In this document: positions 14,585-27,597 of the stretch, one piece after another
How the letters are laid out: each line of letters starts with the position of its first letter
Position numbering within the stretch: the first letter of the stretch is position 1
NCBI GenBank assembly: GCA_951406725.2
Contig: OX597822.1
Span: 94,550,001 to 94,614,000 of the forward strand
DNA: 64,000 nucleotides
From: Octopus vulgaris
Lineage: Eukaryota
Reading direction: 5' to 3'
Made by a program: the position numbers and the translations under genes
The notes under the pieces: generated by a model
Told to the model about the DNA's origin: nothing
Seen by the model: the letters and a program-made list of their open reading frames with translations, nothing else
The model's database searches: none

Positions 14585-14915
14585 ATGTATGTATGTATGT
14601 ATGTATGTATGTATGTATGTATGTATGTATGTATGTATGTATGTATGTATGTATGTATGTATGTATGTGTGTGTGTGTGTATGTATTTATGTATGTATGT
14701 ATGTATGTATGTATGTATGTATGTATGTATGTATGTATGTATGTATGTATGTATGTATGTATGTATGTATGTATGTATGTATGTATGTGTGTATGTATTT
14801 ATGTATGTATGTATGTATGTATGTATGTATGTATGTATTTATGTATTTATTATGTATGTATGTATGTATGTATGTATGTATGTGTGTATGTATGTGTGTG
14901 TATATGTGTGTGTGT
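14585..14915. repeat. (TATG)n tetranucleotide array
   Basis: Direct observation. Confidence 0.97.
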
Positions 14916-15179
14916 CTGTATGTCATTGTCTGTGTGCTTGCTTACGTTTGCGCTTATCCAAAACAAAAAATCACTGGACTACAACCAGTGAGTTTGTTGT
15001 TTTTTCCCCTTCAACAAATTGTCCGCTGGTTCAGCAATTTCAATAACACTTGCAATGAGAGATTTGTGGGAAACGCTTCAAAGCTTACCAGAGAATAGAA
15101 ACTGAGATATTGTGATATGAATCCTTTTGTCAGAGATATTAGCAAGGTGAGTATAGCGAAATAACTATGTCTGCAGGCA

Positions 15180-15357
15180 TAGGCGTGGCTGTGTGGTAAG
15201 AGGCTTGCTTTCCGACCACATGGTTCTGGGTTCAGTTCCACTGCATCACACCCTTGGGCAAGTGTCTTCTACTTTATCCTTGGGCTGACCACAGCCTTCT
15301 GAGTGGATGATTTGTAGACGGAACCTGAAAGAAGCTCATTGTAAATATATGTTTATA

Positions 15358-15399
<42 letters not shown>

Positions 15400-15626
15400 T
15401 GAGTGTTCGTCCCCCACTCGCCACCATTGCTTGACAACCGATGTTGGTGTGATTGTGTTCTTGTAGCTTAGTGGCTTGGTAAAAGAGATTGATAAGAATA
15501 AATACTAGGCTTACAAAGAATGAGTCCTGGAGTTGATTTGTTTGACTAAAACTCTTGAAGGTAGTGTTCCAGCATGGCCACAGTCAAATGACTGAAATAA
15601 GTAAAAGAATAAAAGAATAAAAGAAT
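15180..15626 (+). mobile_element. SINE family A
   Basis: tggctgtgtggtaag...ggttcagttcc head, CORE-like ttgggcaagtgtcttctact, internal (TG)n, (aaaagaat)n tail. Confidence 0.9.
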
Positions 15627-17373
15627 ATGTAACTAGACAGAAGATGCTGCTCAGCAGAAAGTTTCATCTTTTCTATAACATTTAAACTATAATTAATTAC
15701 ATTTATTACAACAACCACTGCAATGATAATAGCAGTCACTACAATAACAATAACTACAACAACAGCAATAGCAATAAAGACAGATCCTTGATGTGGTTGC
15801 TTGGCCTGTTAGTATTAACACCAAACCTGTCTCACGATTTTGCTCCCACTCTTACCATCTTGAAAGTGAGAAGGTCACATTGGATTGTGCATTCTTAGAT
15901 ATACCAAAATTAGAATGATCAGTGCTGAAATTGCTTCAATCACAGATCTTCTCAGTTAGTACCAACCTGGGGCTAGCAACGGCAAACATGATTTCAGCTG
16001 AGGTTTTATGACAAATTATAATGCTTAGTGATATTTTGGAAAAATTTAGTAGATGTTGAGAGGTAATATTTCCTGTTAGTAACAAAGTTTATTACCAACT
16101 GGTTCTGATTTGATTCTATTTCAATTTTCTCTGAGTAAGACTTACTAGTGCGCTGTAAAATTCCACTAATTACTGTTCTTAATTACAATATTCTTAGATT
16201 TACCATTCCTTCAGCAACAGTTTATGAGGTAGATATATATAATGACTGATATCATAGTCAGAGTGGCATGAAAGATAGCTTGATAGACAGCTAAAGAAAT
16301 TGAATCGGCTTTCTGAAATGGAGATGATGGGAATGTCTGAGGTATTCACTCTCAATCTAGATGCTCAGATAATCTAGTTTTACACAGAATATCATTGTTC
16401 TGAGATTAAATCTTGTCACAGTTAATTTTACTTTTTGTCTCTACAGAGTTGATAAAATAATTTAGTTTGTTCATTTTTCATTCCTGTTTTTTCCATGCTA
16501 GCATGAGTTAGATGAATATTTTATGAAGAAAGTTTGTTTTACAGCTTGATGTACTTCTTGGGCCTTAGTCTCTTTATCAATTTTTCAAGCAAGGAATCTT
16601 TTATTCCACATAACTTCGAAGCCACAAAGCAAGCTGAGAGGATAATTTGTTGACAGAAGAAGCGACAACAAAATGAACATGGATCATGACTTTCATAGAA
16701 ATCAACATAAATGTAAACAAACACACAGAATACACACACACACATTCTACAGAAAATAAAGGAATTCTCAAATGCAGGATGGCTGTGAAGATGGCTTAAA
16801 AAACCAGGTAAATACCCTTTAGAAGATGGAAAAAAAGTGGCCAGCATGCCTCTACAGAGAAACGAATCTTGTACCTCTCAAATTCTGGCTGAGTGCTCTG
16901 TATTATTAGACTAAGAGACTCCTGACAACAAATACCTTCTTTTATAATGCTAAATGATAACTTTTGGAATGTGAGAACATTTTGTAATCAAACTTAGAAC
17001 CACGAAGTGAGTCAATATTCTACAGAAAATAAAGGAATTCTTGAATGTAGGATGGCTGTGAAGACAGATTAGAAAATTTGTTAAAAACCCTTTAGAAGAT
17101 AGAAAAAAAGTGACCAGCAAGCCTGTATATATATCAGAAAGAAGAATGGAGAATTACTTTACACATCTTTACAAATTATTCATTACAGTATTATTCTCAT
17201 TAAATTCCTGTCTGACATGTGTTCTGCTGGATAAGTATCCTCATTGTCCTTTGACATAGCATTTACATTGACTCATTTGCAGCAGATATTCATCCAACAT
17301 AGACATTTCAGCGTGAAAATATTCTTACACCAAGTGAAATGACAGTAGGATCTAATGAAGGACTTATTTAAAC

Positions 17374-17481
17374 AATCACCTGAGGAAGTGCATTTTACAC
17401 CATGAATGGTTGACGATTATTACATAACTTCTCACCAATGTTCTATGAGAATAACAATGTGTCGAAACAATTGTAGTGATT
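17374..17481 (+). ncRNA. Putative type-I hammerhead ribozyme
   Basis: aatcac-CTGAGGA-[long stem II]-GAAAC-aatt-GTA-gtgatt; 6-bp stem I, palindromic ACAATTGT stem III, GUA cleavage triplet. Confidence 0.7.
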
Positions 17482-17669
17482 TTAAATATTAAAATGTTGT
17501 TCATTCCAATTTCTATCATGTATCTATTTATATAAACTCTACTAGTTGTATAGTATTTCTGATGTACACCTAGCAGCTAGAGTTTCGACTGTATGATAAC
17601 GTCAGGAAGACAATAACTGTGGACAAGCTTTGTGAAGTATACTACAAGGTTTTTACCTGAATCTTATTT

Positions 17670-17717
<48 letters not shown>

Positions 17718-18010
17718 AATGAACTCTTTTTCAGTTTCCATCCACCAAATCCATTCACAAGGCTTTTATTGAGCCTGGGGTTATAATAGTATAGTTCAAG
17801 GTACTTCACAGTGAAACTGAACTCAAAACCACATTGTTGAGAAGCAGACTTCTTAACCACCCAGCTATGCCTGCCTTGATAATTTCAATATAAAGGTATC
17901 AAACATTATAAACATGAATTTGAGACAGAAAAGAGATGCAGGTCCACCAATGTGATTGAATGCCAAGCAACCATACTCTGGGGTGTAATTATGAAACTTG
18001 AGGGTACATA

Positions 18011-18181
18011 GGCGCAGGAGTGGCTGTGTGGTAAGTAGCTTGCTAACCAACCACATGGTTCCGGGTTCAGTCCCACTGCGTGGCACCTTGGGCAAGTGTC
18101 TTCTGCTATAGCCCCGGGCCGACCAATGCCTTGTGAGTGGATTTGGTAGACGGAAACTGAAAGAAGCCTGTCGTATATATG

Positions 18182-18216
<35 letters not shown>

Positions 18217-18428
18217 TTGTGTGTCTGTGTTTGTCCCCCTAGCATTGCTTGACAACCGATGCTGGTGTGTTTACGTCCCCGTCTCTTAGCGGTTTGGCAA
18301 AAGAGACCGATAGAATAAGTACTGGGCTTACAAAGAATAAGTCCCGAGGTCGATTTGTTCGACTAAAGGCGGTGCTCCAGCATGGCCGCAGTCAAAATGA
18401 CTGAAACAAGTAAAAGAGTAAAAGAGTA
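18011..18428 (+). mobile_element. Young SINE family A (tRNA head, CORE-like segment, internal (TA)n(TG)n, (gtaaaaga)n tail)
   Basis: Near-identical to copies at 19308, 21468, 23342 and 44142. Confidence 0.93.
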
Positions 18429-18828
18429 ATACCTAGTAGTCATGGTGTCCAGCTCATGATCTTAAATTTGTGGGATCAATTCTTACACTCGACAGTGCAT
18501 TATATCTTTGAGCAAGGGCATTTCATTTCATACTGGCCCAGTCTACTTAACCGTAAATGGATACCAGCCTAGTGCTGATGCAGTCTTCTCTCCTTTCAGC
18601 AGTCACTTCCTGGATGCTCTGCAAGAACAAGGGTGAGAGGTTACAGGAGGGTGCCTGTGTCAGCTTGTTACTTTGTAGGCCTCTAAAACAATTAGCAAAA
18701 GCATGGTACATTCTAAGCTATAGACGCTAACAAGTGCTGAGAAGTTGTACTTAATTGTAGCACAATTGCCTGATGAGCAATGAATACATGGTCTAACCCT
18801 TTTGATATCAGTTTATTTGAGACCACCC

Positions 18829-19239
18829 CTCTTTTACTCTTTTTACTCTTTTACTTGTTTCAGTCATTTGACTGCAGCCATGCTGGAGCACCGCCTTTTA
18901 ATCGAGCAACTCGACCCTGGGACTTATTCTTTGTAAGCCCAGTACTTATTCTATCGGTCTCTTTTGCTGAACCGCTAAGTGACGGGGACATAAACACACC
19001 AGCATCGGTTGTCAAGCAATGCTAGGGGGACAAACACAGACACACAAACACACACGCACACGTATATATATACATATATACAACAGGCTTCTTTCAGTTT
19101 CTGTCTACCAAATCCACTCACAAGGCTTTGGTCGACTCGAGTGTATAGTAGAAGACACTTGCCCAAGGTGCCATGCAGTGGGACTGAACCCGGAACCATC
19201 TGGTTGGTAAGCAAGCTACTTACCACACAGCCACCCCTG
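18829..19239 (-). mobile_element. Young SINE family A
   Basis: Reverse complement of the 18011-18428 element. Confidence 0.93.
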
Positions 19240-19307
19240 GTTCTATATTACAAACTTTCAGTTTTAAAGTGATCTAAATTAAGGCCTTTTGTTTACTTCT
19301 GTTTTCA

Positions 19308-19672
19308 GGCGCAGGAGTGGCTGTGTGGTAAGTAGCTTGCTAACCAACCACACGGTTGCGGGTTCAGTCACACTGCGTGGCATCTTGGGCAAGTGTCTTC
19401 TGCTATAGCCCCGGGCCGACCAATGCCTTGTGAGTGGATTTGGTAGACAGAAACTGAAAGAAGCCTGTCGTATATATGTATATATATGTATATCTGTGTG
19501 TGTTTGTGTGTCTGTGTTTGTCCCCCTAGCATTGCTTGACAACCGATGCTGGTGTGTTTAGGTCCCCGTCACTTAGCGGTTCGGCAAAAAGAGACCGATA
19601 GAATAAGTACTAAAAGGTGGTGCTCCAGCATGGCCGCAGTCAAATGACTGAAACAAGTAAAAGAGTAAAGAG
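19308..19672 (+). mobile_element. Young SINE family A with a small 3' deletion
   Basis: Same sequence as 18011-18428. Confidence 0.93.
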
Positions 19673-20954
19673 AGAGAGAGAGTACCAATATGTAAAGCAT
19701 CCAAAATTTCATGAATTCATTTACTTTGTTTAACCCTTAGGAGGGGACAGGGCTGATCTATCAGCCAAAAAGCCAAATAACGAAGAAGATTGCATTAGTT
19801 CATTCAATTTCCTACCTGAATATATATAGTTTTTCCCTCTCTCTCTCTTTCGGAGAGGCACTGAGCAGCTAAACGCACACATACTCACACGGCAGTAACC
19901 TCCACCTACCGAATTCAATCACAAAGCTCCGGTCGGCTCGGGGCTATAGTGGAAGACACCTACCCAAAGTGCCACGCAGTGGGACTGAACCCGAAACCAT
20001 ATAGCTAGGAAGCAAGCTCCCTAACCACACAGCCATGCCCGCACCTACTTATATATGTAAAGTAATTACTTCATTTCTTATAATGTTTTTTGAAAAATTA
20101 GTGCATGCCCTCTGTAGGGCTGGTGAAAAGGGCTCCATCTTCTTGGCACTTAAACTCTGAATGAGGCTCCATCTCTAAATGGTTAAAAAAAAACTAAAAG
20201 ATATCTCTTAACTTGTTTTTTTGTGACCACTAGTATCACTTCTCTTCAAGCCAAACCCAGTCCAGATCATTTCATTTACATCCTGCAACAATGGTCTCTT
20301 GTTTTCAAGGCCTGTGACAAAAGCAAATGTTATTCATTACCCTATGGTTTTTTGTTTTTCTTTATATATATATATAAAATAGGCCTTTTGGAAATATGAC
20401 AGAGCAACCTGCCTTCAGAGACCACTGGCCACTAATCAGCTTGATTGCTACATTGGAAGTTTCTTTTTTATCCATTAGTGTTTTCATGAATTTTACCTTG
20501 AACTTTTACTCTATCAATATAATAACTCAATCATCGCTCATATGTTATTCACAACCTAATTTCATTCAACACTATTATAATACAAAGATTACCTATTTTA
20601 TGAAAATATAACCACAATTCACAACATTTTCACATCTGATGAACAATACTGCTAAAATCACCAAACACTTTATAAATGCTTGACCTTAACATCCCTCCAT
20701 GTCTTCTGATAATGACTGCACATTTTTTAATGTAGCCAAAACTTTCTGTTCTTGGCTTCCTTCTCAGTGCCAGAAAAATACCTTTCCTGATATGTGTTCT
20801 CTTCCTATGCAAAGCACAAATATACACTACATTGAAGTGCTTTTCTAATCCCAGCCAAAGAAGGAGCTTCTCTCAAGAAGTACAACTTTCCAACAGCAAA
20901 TCACCCTTAAACAACCACTTCTTACTCTCTTATATAACACAGACATAGACACAA

Positions 20955-21372
20955 ACATGGTTGTGGTAAGAAGCTGGCTTCCCAACCACATGGTTCCAGG
21001 TTCATTCCCACAGTGTGGCATCTTGGGCAAGTGTCTTCTACATTAGCTTAGGGCCAACCAAAGCTTTGTGAGTGGATTTGAATTGAAGAAACTGAAATAA
21101 ACTTGTCATATATATATATATATGCATATATGCGTGTGTGTCATTGTGTCTGTGTTTGTCCCCCACCACAAGCTTGACCACTGCTGTTGGTGTGTTTACA
21201 TCCCTATAACTTAGTAGTTCAGCAAAGAGACCAATAGAATAAGTACCGGGTTTAAAGAAAAATAAAATGAGTATTGGTGTTGAGTGATTCTCCTAAAAAA
21301 TTCTTCATGACAGCACCCCAGGATGGCTACAGTCTAATGAGCGAAACAAGTAAAAGATAGAGATTAAAGATA
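20955..21372 (+). mobile_element. Diverged SINE family A
   Basis: Head, CORE-like segment, microsatellite and tail all recognisable. Confidence 0.85.
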
Positions 21373-21467
21373 AAGTAGTCTACGACCGACTGTGTTTCTT
21401 ATAGGGAAGGGATTGTAAAAAAGAAAAGACAAATTACAATGTTTAAAAAATCTGACCAATCAGACCA

Positions 21468-21888
21468 GGCGCAGGAGTGGCTGTGTGGTAAGTAGCTTGT
21501 TTACCAACCGCATGGTTCCGGGTTCAGTCCCACTGCGTGGCACCTTGGGCAAGTGTCTTCTACTATAGCCTTGGGCCGACCAAAGCCTTGTGAGTGGATT
21601 TGGTAGACGGAAACTGAAAGAAGCCCGTCGTATATATGTATATATATATATGAGTGTGTGCATGTATGTTTGTGTGTCTGTGTTTGTCCCCCTAGCATTG
21701 CTTGACAACCAATGCTGGTGTGTTTATGTCCCCATCACTTAGCGGTTCGGCAAAAGAGATCCGATAGAATAAGTACTGGGCTTACAAAGAATAAGTGCCG
21801 GGGTCGAGTTGCTCGATTAAAGGTGGTGCTCCAGCATGACCGCAGTCAAATGACTGAAACAAGTAAAAGAGTAAAAGAGAGTAAGAGT
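21468..21888 (+). mobile_element. Young SINE family A
   Basis: Near-identical to the other copies. Confidence 0.93.
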
Positions 21889-22032
21889 AATCAAGATTTT
21901 GTATAGAAGAGGCTCCAACAACAATTTCATCTTTTGGTGTTCTTCATTCTGAGCTTAACCATCAATATATATATGTTCAGCCCACCCTAGCTACTTAGAG
22001 AGAAGAGATGAGAGGATCAGGAGATGGTGGAC

Positions 22033-22985
22033 AGAAGAAGAAGAAGAAGAAGAAGAAGAAGAAGAAGAAGAAGAAGAAGAAGAAGGAGGAGGAGGAGGAG
22101 GAGGAGGAGGAGGAGAAGAAGGAGGAGGAGGAGGAGGAGGAGGAGGAGGAGGAGGAGGAGAAGGAGAAGGAGGAGGAGGAGAAGGAGAAGAAGAAGGAGA
22201 GGAGGAGGAGGAGGAGGAGAAGAAGGAGAAGGAGAAGGAGGAGGAGGAGGAGAAGGAGAAGAAGAAGGAGGAGGAGGAGGAGGAGGAGGAGGAGGAGAAG
22301 GAGAAGAAGAAGGAGGAGGAGGAGGAGAAGGAGGAGGAGGAGGAGGAGAAGAAGAAGAAGGAGGAGGAGAAGAAGAAGGAGGAGGAGAAGGAGGAAGAGT
22401 AGAAGAAGAAGAAGAAGAAGGAGGAGGAGGAGGAGGAGGAGGACAAGGAGGAAGAGTAGAAGAAGAAGAAGGAGGAGGAGGAGAAGAAGGAGAAGGAGAA
22501 GGAGGAGGAGGAGGAGAAGGAGAAAAAGAAGAAGGAGGAGGAGGAGAAGGAGAAGAAGAAGGAGGAGGAGGAGGAGGAGGAGAAGGAGAAGGAGAAGAAG
22601 AAGGAGGAGGAGGAGGAGAAGGAGGAGTAGGAGGAGGAGAAGAAGAAGAAGGAGGAGGAGAAGAAGAAGGAGGAGGAGAAGGAGGAAGAGTAGAAGAAGA
22701 AGAAGAAGGAGGAGGAGGAGGAGGAGGAGGAGAAGAAGAAGAAGAAGAAGAAGAAGAAGGAGGAGGAGGAGGAGGAGGAGGAGAAGAAGGAGGAGGAGGA
22801 GGAGGAGAAGAAGAAGGAGGAGGAGGAGGAGGAGAAGAAGAAGAAGAAAAAGAAGAAAAAGAAGAAGGAGGAGGAGGAGGAGGAGAAAAAGAAGAAGAAG
22901 GAGGAGGAGGAGGAGGAGGAGGAGAAGAAGAAGTAGAAGAAGAAGAAGAAGAAGAAGAAGAAGAAGAAGAAGAAGAAGAAGAAGC
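22033..22985. repeat. ~950-bp almost pure polypurine (GAA/GGA)n array
   Basis: Direct observation; only a few pyrimidines. Confidence 0.97.
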
Positions 22986-23341
22986 TCACAACCTTATGAC
23001 TGTGAGCAGAATGCCCTAACCATTAAGGCAAAGTTAACCCCAGTTAGATTTGAACTTAGGGTGCAGAGAACAGAAATGATTACCATGGAGAAATATTCCT
23101 CTGACACTCTAATAACTTTGGTAATCAGCTGCATTAGATAAATAATTATGTAACTGTGATTGGAGTCCATGGCTAAAACTGTGACATATCGAATTAGCTC
23201 TGATAACACTTTGATTACTTGTGCCAATCAAAATGCACACATTTTCTCTAACGAGATACAGTTAGGGATGATAACTGAATAAATAGCGAGAAAAATAAAA
23301 TATAAAACATAAACATCGTTGATAATTCGATATGTCACGTA

Positions 23342-23735
23342 GGCGCAGGAGTGGCTGTGTGGTAAGTAGCTTGCTAACCAACCACATGGTTCCGGGTTCA
23401 GTCCCACTGCATGGCATCTTGGGCAAGTGTCTTCCGCTATAGCCCCGGGCCGACCAATGCCTTGTGAGTGGATTTGGTAGACGGAAACTGAAAGAAGCCT
23501 GTCGTATATATGTATATATATATATATGTGTGTCTGTGTTTGTCCCCCTAGCATTGCTTGACAACCGATGCTGATGTGTTTATGTTCCCGTCACTTAGCG
23601 GTTCGGCAAAAGAGACTGATAGAATAAGTACTGGGCTTACAAAGAATAAGTCCCGGGGTCGATTTCCTCGACTAAAGGCGGTGCTCCAGCATGGCCACAG
23701 TCAAATGACTGAAACAAGTAAAAGAGTAAAGAGTA
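23342..23735 (+). mobile_element. Young SINE family A
   Basis: Near-identical to the other copies. Confidence 0.93.
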
Positions 23736-23937
23736 ATAGTAATTGGACATTAGTCATACAAAATTCAATAAATACTTTGCCTTTCATTGTTCCAAGTTTC
23801 AAATATTATCAAAATCTTAGAGACAAATAGAACCATGGAATAAGCGAGGGCAAACAGGGATGGGGGGGGAGAAGGGGACAAGAATGAGTGTTTGTTTATG
23901 TGTTAGGAAGAGAGAATGTTTGTGCACATGCCTGTAT

Positions 23938-23982
<45 letters not shown>

Positions 23983-24014
23983 TAGTATAAGACCAAGGCC
24001 TAGATTCAAGAGTA

Positions 24015-24325
24015 TTAAATCTATTATGTCACATCTACTTGATCTGCTATGACATATCTCTTGGATTGGTTAGTCATATTTGCTAGATATATTATGTCAC
24101 ATATCTGCTACATGTATATCATACCTGCTAGAACTATTACATCATATATAGTAGACCAGTTATATCACTTCTGCTAAGATTGTTATGTCATATCTGCTGA
24201 GTCTGTTGCGTCACATATACTGCAAGAGTTGATGCCATATCTGCAAGATCTGCAATGTCACATCTGCCAGATCTGTTAATTGATATCAGCCAAACCTGTT
24301 ATGCCACATCATCCAGATCTATTGA
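24015..24325. repeat. Degenerate ~23-bp minisatellite (gatctgttatgtcacatctgcta-like)
   Basis: Recurring tatgtcaca/tatctgc motifs. Confidence 0.65.
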
Positions 24326-24361
24326 ACCCTGCTATTTACTAACTGTACAGTAGTAGGTTCA

Positions 24362-24775
24362 TTACTACCCACAAGGAGCTAAGCACAGAGAGGATAAACA
24401 AGGACAGACACACAGATTAAGTCAATTATATCGACCCCAATGCATAACTGATACTTAATTTATCGACCCCGAAAGGATGAAAGGCAAAGTCGACCTCGGT
24501 GGAATTTGAACTCAGAACGTAGCGACAGACGAAATACCTATTTCTATTTCTTTACTACCCACAAGGGGCTAAACACAGAGAGGACAAACAAAGACAGACA
24601 CACAGATTAAGTCGATTATATCGACCCCAGTGCGTAACTGATACTTATTTAATCGACCCTGAATGGATGAAAGGCAAAGTCGACCTCGGCGGAATTTGAA
24701 CTCAGAACATAGCGGCAGACGAAATACCACTAGGCATTTCGCCTGGCGTGCTAATGAGTATGCCAGCTCGCTGCC
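24362..24775 (-). mobile_element. Tandem dimer of SINE family B
   Basis: Two head-to-tail units joined at gaaatacctatttc; the 5' head occurs only once. Confidence 0.88.
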
Positions 24776-24909
24776 TTTCAACAGTTTACATATCATGATT
24801 GCGACTGCTTTACATTCTTTATAAAGTTTCTTAACTATCACTTGCACAATAAATATAGCTCCCTTAATAAGATTCACTAATTATGATAAGTGAAAAGTAA
24901 TTAGTTATA

Positions 24910-25318
24910 CTCTCTTTAGTCTTTACTCTTTTACTTGTTTCAGTCATTTGACTGTGGCCATGGTGGAGCACCGCCTTTAATCGCGCAAATCAACCCCGGG
25001 ACTTATTCTTTGTAAGCCCAGTACTTATTCTATCGGTCTCTTTTGCTGAACCGCTAAGTGACGGGAACGTAAACACACCAGCATCGGTTGTCAAGCAATG
25101 CTAGTGGGACAAACACAGACACACAAACATACACATACACATATATATATATATATATACATATATACGACAGGCTTCTTTCAGTTTCTGTCTACCAAAT
25201 CCACTCACAAGGCATTGATCGTCCCGGGGCTATAGCAGAAGACACTTGCCCAAGATGCCACGCAGTGGGACTGAACCCGGAACCATGTGGCTGGTTAGCA
25301 AGCTACTTACCACACAGC
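24910..25318 (-). mobile_element. Young SINE family A
   Basis: Reverse complement of the family A sequence. Confidence 0.93.
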
Positions 25319-25500
25319 CTTATTTAATTAGTTTTACATTCGTTGTCCTGTTAAAATAAAGTGGTCTTGCTTACTCTCTCTTAATTCTTGGCTATTTAAT
25401 AACCTTGAAAATAGGGACACACTACAACACAGCTGCTTCCGATGAACTGATGTGCCCAATAGAGTAAATGTCGAGAACTAAAAGGGCTGAAAGTAAGTAC

Positions 25501-25668
25501 CTTGGGGCGAAAATGCATTGGCAGCAGCAGTGGTGGCCTTATCATCGTGGTCATCAGCGGCATTACTGCTGTCATCATTATTGGCATTGTTGTTGTCAGT
25601 GTTGGGGACAGTGGCAGAAGTGGTAGTAGTGAGAGCTTCAGTGTCAGTATCTTCTCGTTTTCCAAGCA
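25501..25668 (-). CDS. Candidate internal coding exon (168 nt, phase 1-1) of an unidentified host gene: xLGKREDTDTEALTTTTSATVPNTDNNNANNDDSSNAADDHDDKATTAAANAFSPQ
   Basis: Acceptor tatactttttctaaag, donor CAAG|gtactt, open frame, length divisible by 3, varied codons, unique sequence between two SINEs. Confidence 0.45.
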
Positions 25669-25761
25669 CTTTAGAAAAAGTATATAAGAGGTATTTTATT
25701 GTGGTACTGGCATTAGAGAAGTTACCTTGTACTCAGTTAGGTTACTGAATCTTAACTCCTC

Positions 25762-25915
25762 GTTCTGAGTTCAAATTCCACCGAGGTCGACTTTGCCTTT
25801 CATCCTTTCGGGGTCGATAAATTAAGTATCAGTTACGCACTGGGGTCGATATAATCGACTTAATCTGTGTGTCTGTCCGTGTTTGTCCTCTCTGTGTTTA
25901 GCCCCTTGTGAGTAG
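25762..25915 (+). mobile_element. 5'-truncated SINE family B
   Basis: gttctgagttcaaattccaccgaggtcgactttgcctttcatcc. Confidence 0.85.
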
Positions 25916-27141
25916 TGTTTGTTCAGTCAAGCAACAGGTCTGAAAATGGGAACAGAAGAAGAAGGGATAAGAGTGGAAGTATCAGGAAGTTGGAAACAGA
26001 ACTGGAGGCTGAAAGAGTATGAGAGTAGAAGCAGAGTAATTGGGATGTGAGAGAAGTGAATAGGGTAATAAAGGAGGATTGAAATGGAGATGGAGGAGAA
26101 CAGTGTTAAGGGTGAATGATGGATAGTAGTCACCTGTAAGTTCAGGAAAGAGGGAGTGATGACTGGCAGTACAAAAAGAGTGGTGTTAGGAGGCATCACA
26201 TGCAGCTTTCCTAAGTTTCATAGGAAGAATAATGCAACAAATAGAAGGGAAGAAAGATGGAGAAATGGTAAATCATAGGAGGAGAAAAGGTGTTAGTAGA
26301 ATGTATTGGGTACTGCCTTCTTTACTAATGCAAACAGAATAATACAAAAACAAAAAGGAAGAGAGTAGTGAGAGAGGGAATGAGGGGAAATGACACAAAA
26401 AAAAATGAGTGGTAAGGAGAGTGAGAGATAAGGAATGAGTGACAGGGAAGTTAGCAATTGGGATATGAGTAGGTACCAAAAAAGAATGGGTGGGTCTCAC
26501 ATATGTGAAACCTTACGATATATAAAAACAAACAGTGTTATTTCAAAACATTTCACAGAAGTACAAATTCTAGACTAATGCAGTTATATTAAGGAAAGAT
26601 GGGATAAATGACTATACTGGAAAGTGGGAAACATTATATGGATATTAGTCAGATGTGAAAAATATGTTAAAGTGTAGGTGGCTGAGAAGAAGTAAATTTG
26701 AAGTAGAGACGGTGAAGTGATCGGGGATGCAATAGAGAACACAGCTTAATGGTAGTGCCCTCTTAAGATATGAGCACAGTGTGTAGTTACCAAGAGGCGC
26801 AAGGGGTCTAGGGGCCAATACTTTCCTATGTATGTTGTGGTTAGGATATTCGTCTCACAATCATAAGGTTGTGAGTTCCATTCCTGGCAGTGTGTTGTGT
26901 CATTCAGTCAGACACTTTATATCACATTTCTCCAGTTTGTTCTGCTGGAAAAAATGAGTTATACTCGTAATTCAAAGGGCCAGCTTTGTCACATTCTGTG
27001 TCATGTTAAATCTCGTTAAGGACCATTAGGTTGAGTAAAAAGTAAGCAACGTTTTGTACCATGAAGACTTAGACTTTGTACTGGATTTTTGCAGAGTTTT
27101 GAATTTTTTAAAACATTTTTTTGAAATTGTCTGATAATACA

Positions 27142-27374
27142 TATTTCTTTACTACCCACAAGGGGCTAAACACAGAGAGGACAAACAAGGACAGACAAAC
27201 GAATTAAGTCAATGATATCGACCCCAGTGCGTAACTGGTACTTATTTAATCGACCCCGAAAGGATGAAAGGCAAGGTCGACCTCGGCGGAATTTGAACTC
27301 AGAACGTAGCAGCAGACAAAATACCACTAAGCATTTCGCCCGGCATGCTAACGTTTCTGCCAGCTCGCCACCTT
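27142..27374 (-). mobile_element. SINE family B inserted in the mariner 5' UTR
   Basis: Full unit; TSD ataataca at 27134-27141 and 27375-27382. Confidence 0.9.
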
Positions 27375-27597
27375 ATAATACAGACATAGACTTGACCATA
27401 TGTATCAATAAATTTACATTGATATTTTTTTCACCTTTGTTACAATAATCTGAAATGGAACAGTCAAAGTGCAATATTCCAGCAATTTTGCTATTCAACT
27501 TCAAAAAAGGACGTAAAGCAGCTGAAATTGCTTGCGATATCAACGAAACATTAGATGAGGAAATGACTAGTGAGTGGTCAGCTCAAAAAGGGTTTAA

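Noticed and set aside
19880-20046. SINE A copy with many T>C changes as an ADAR-edited retrocopy
   Set aside because: G>A changes are about as frequent, so ordinary divergence or a subfamily explains it
21991-23141. 330-377 aa poly-R/E/G/S/F ORFs
   Set aside because: Stop-free frames of the GAA/GGA tract; open in several frames on both strands
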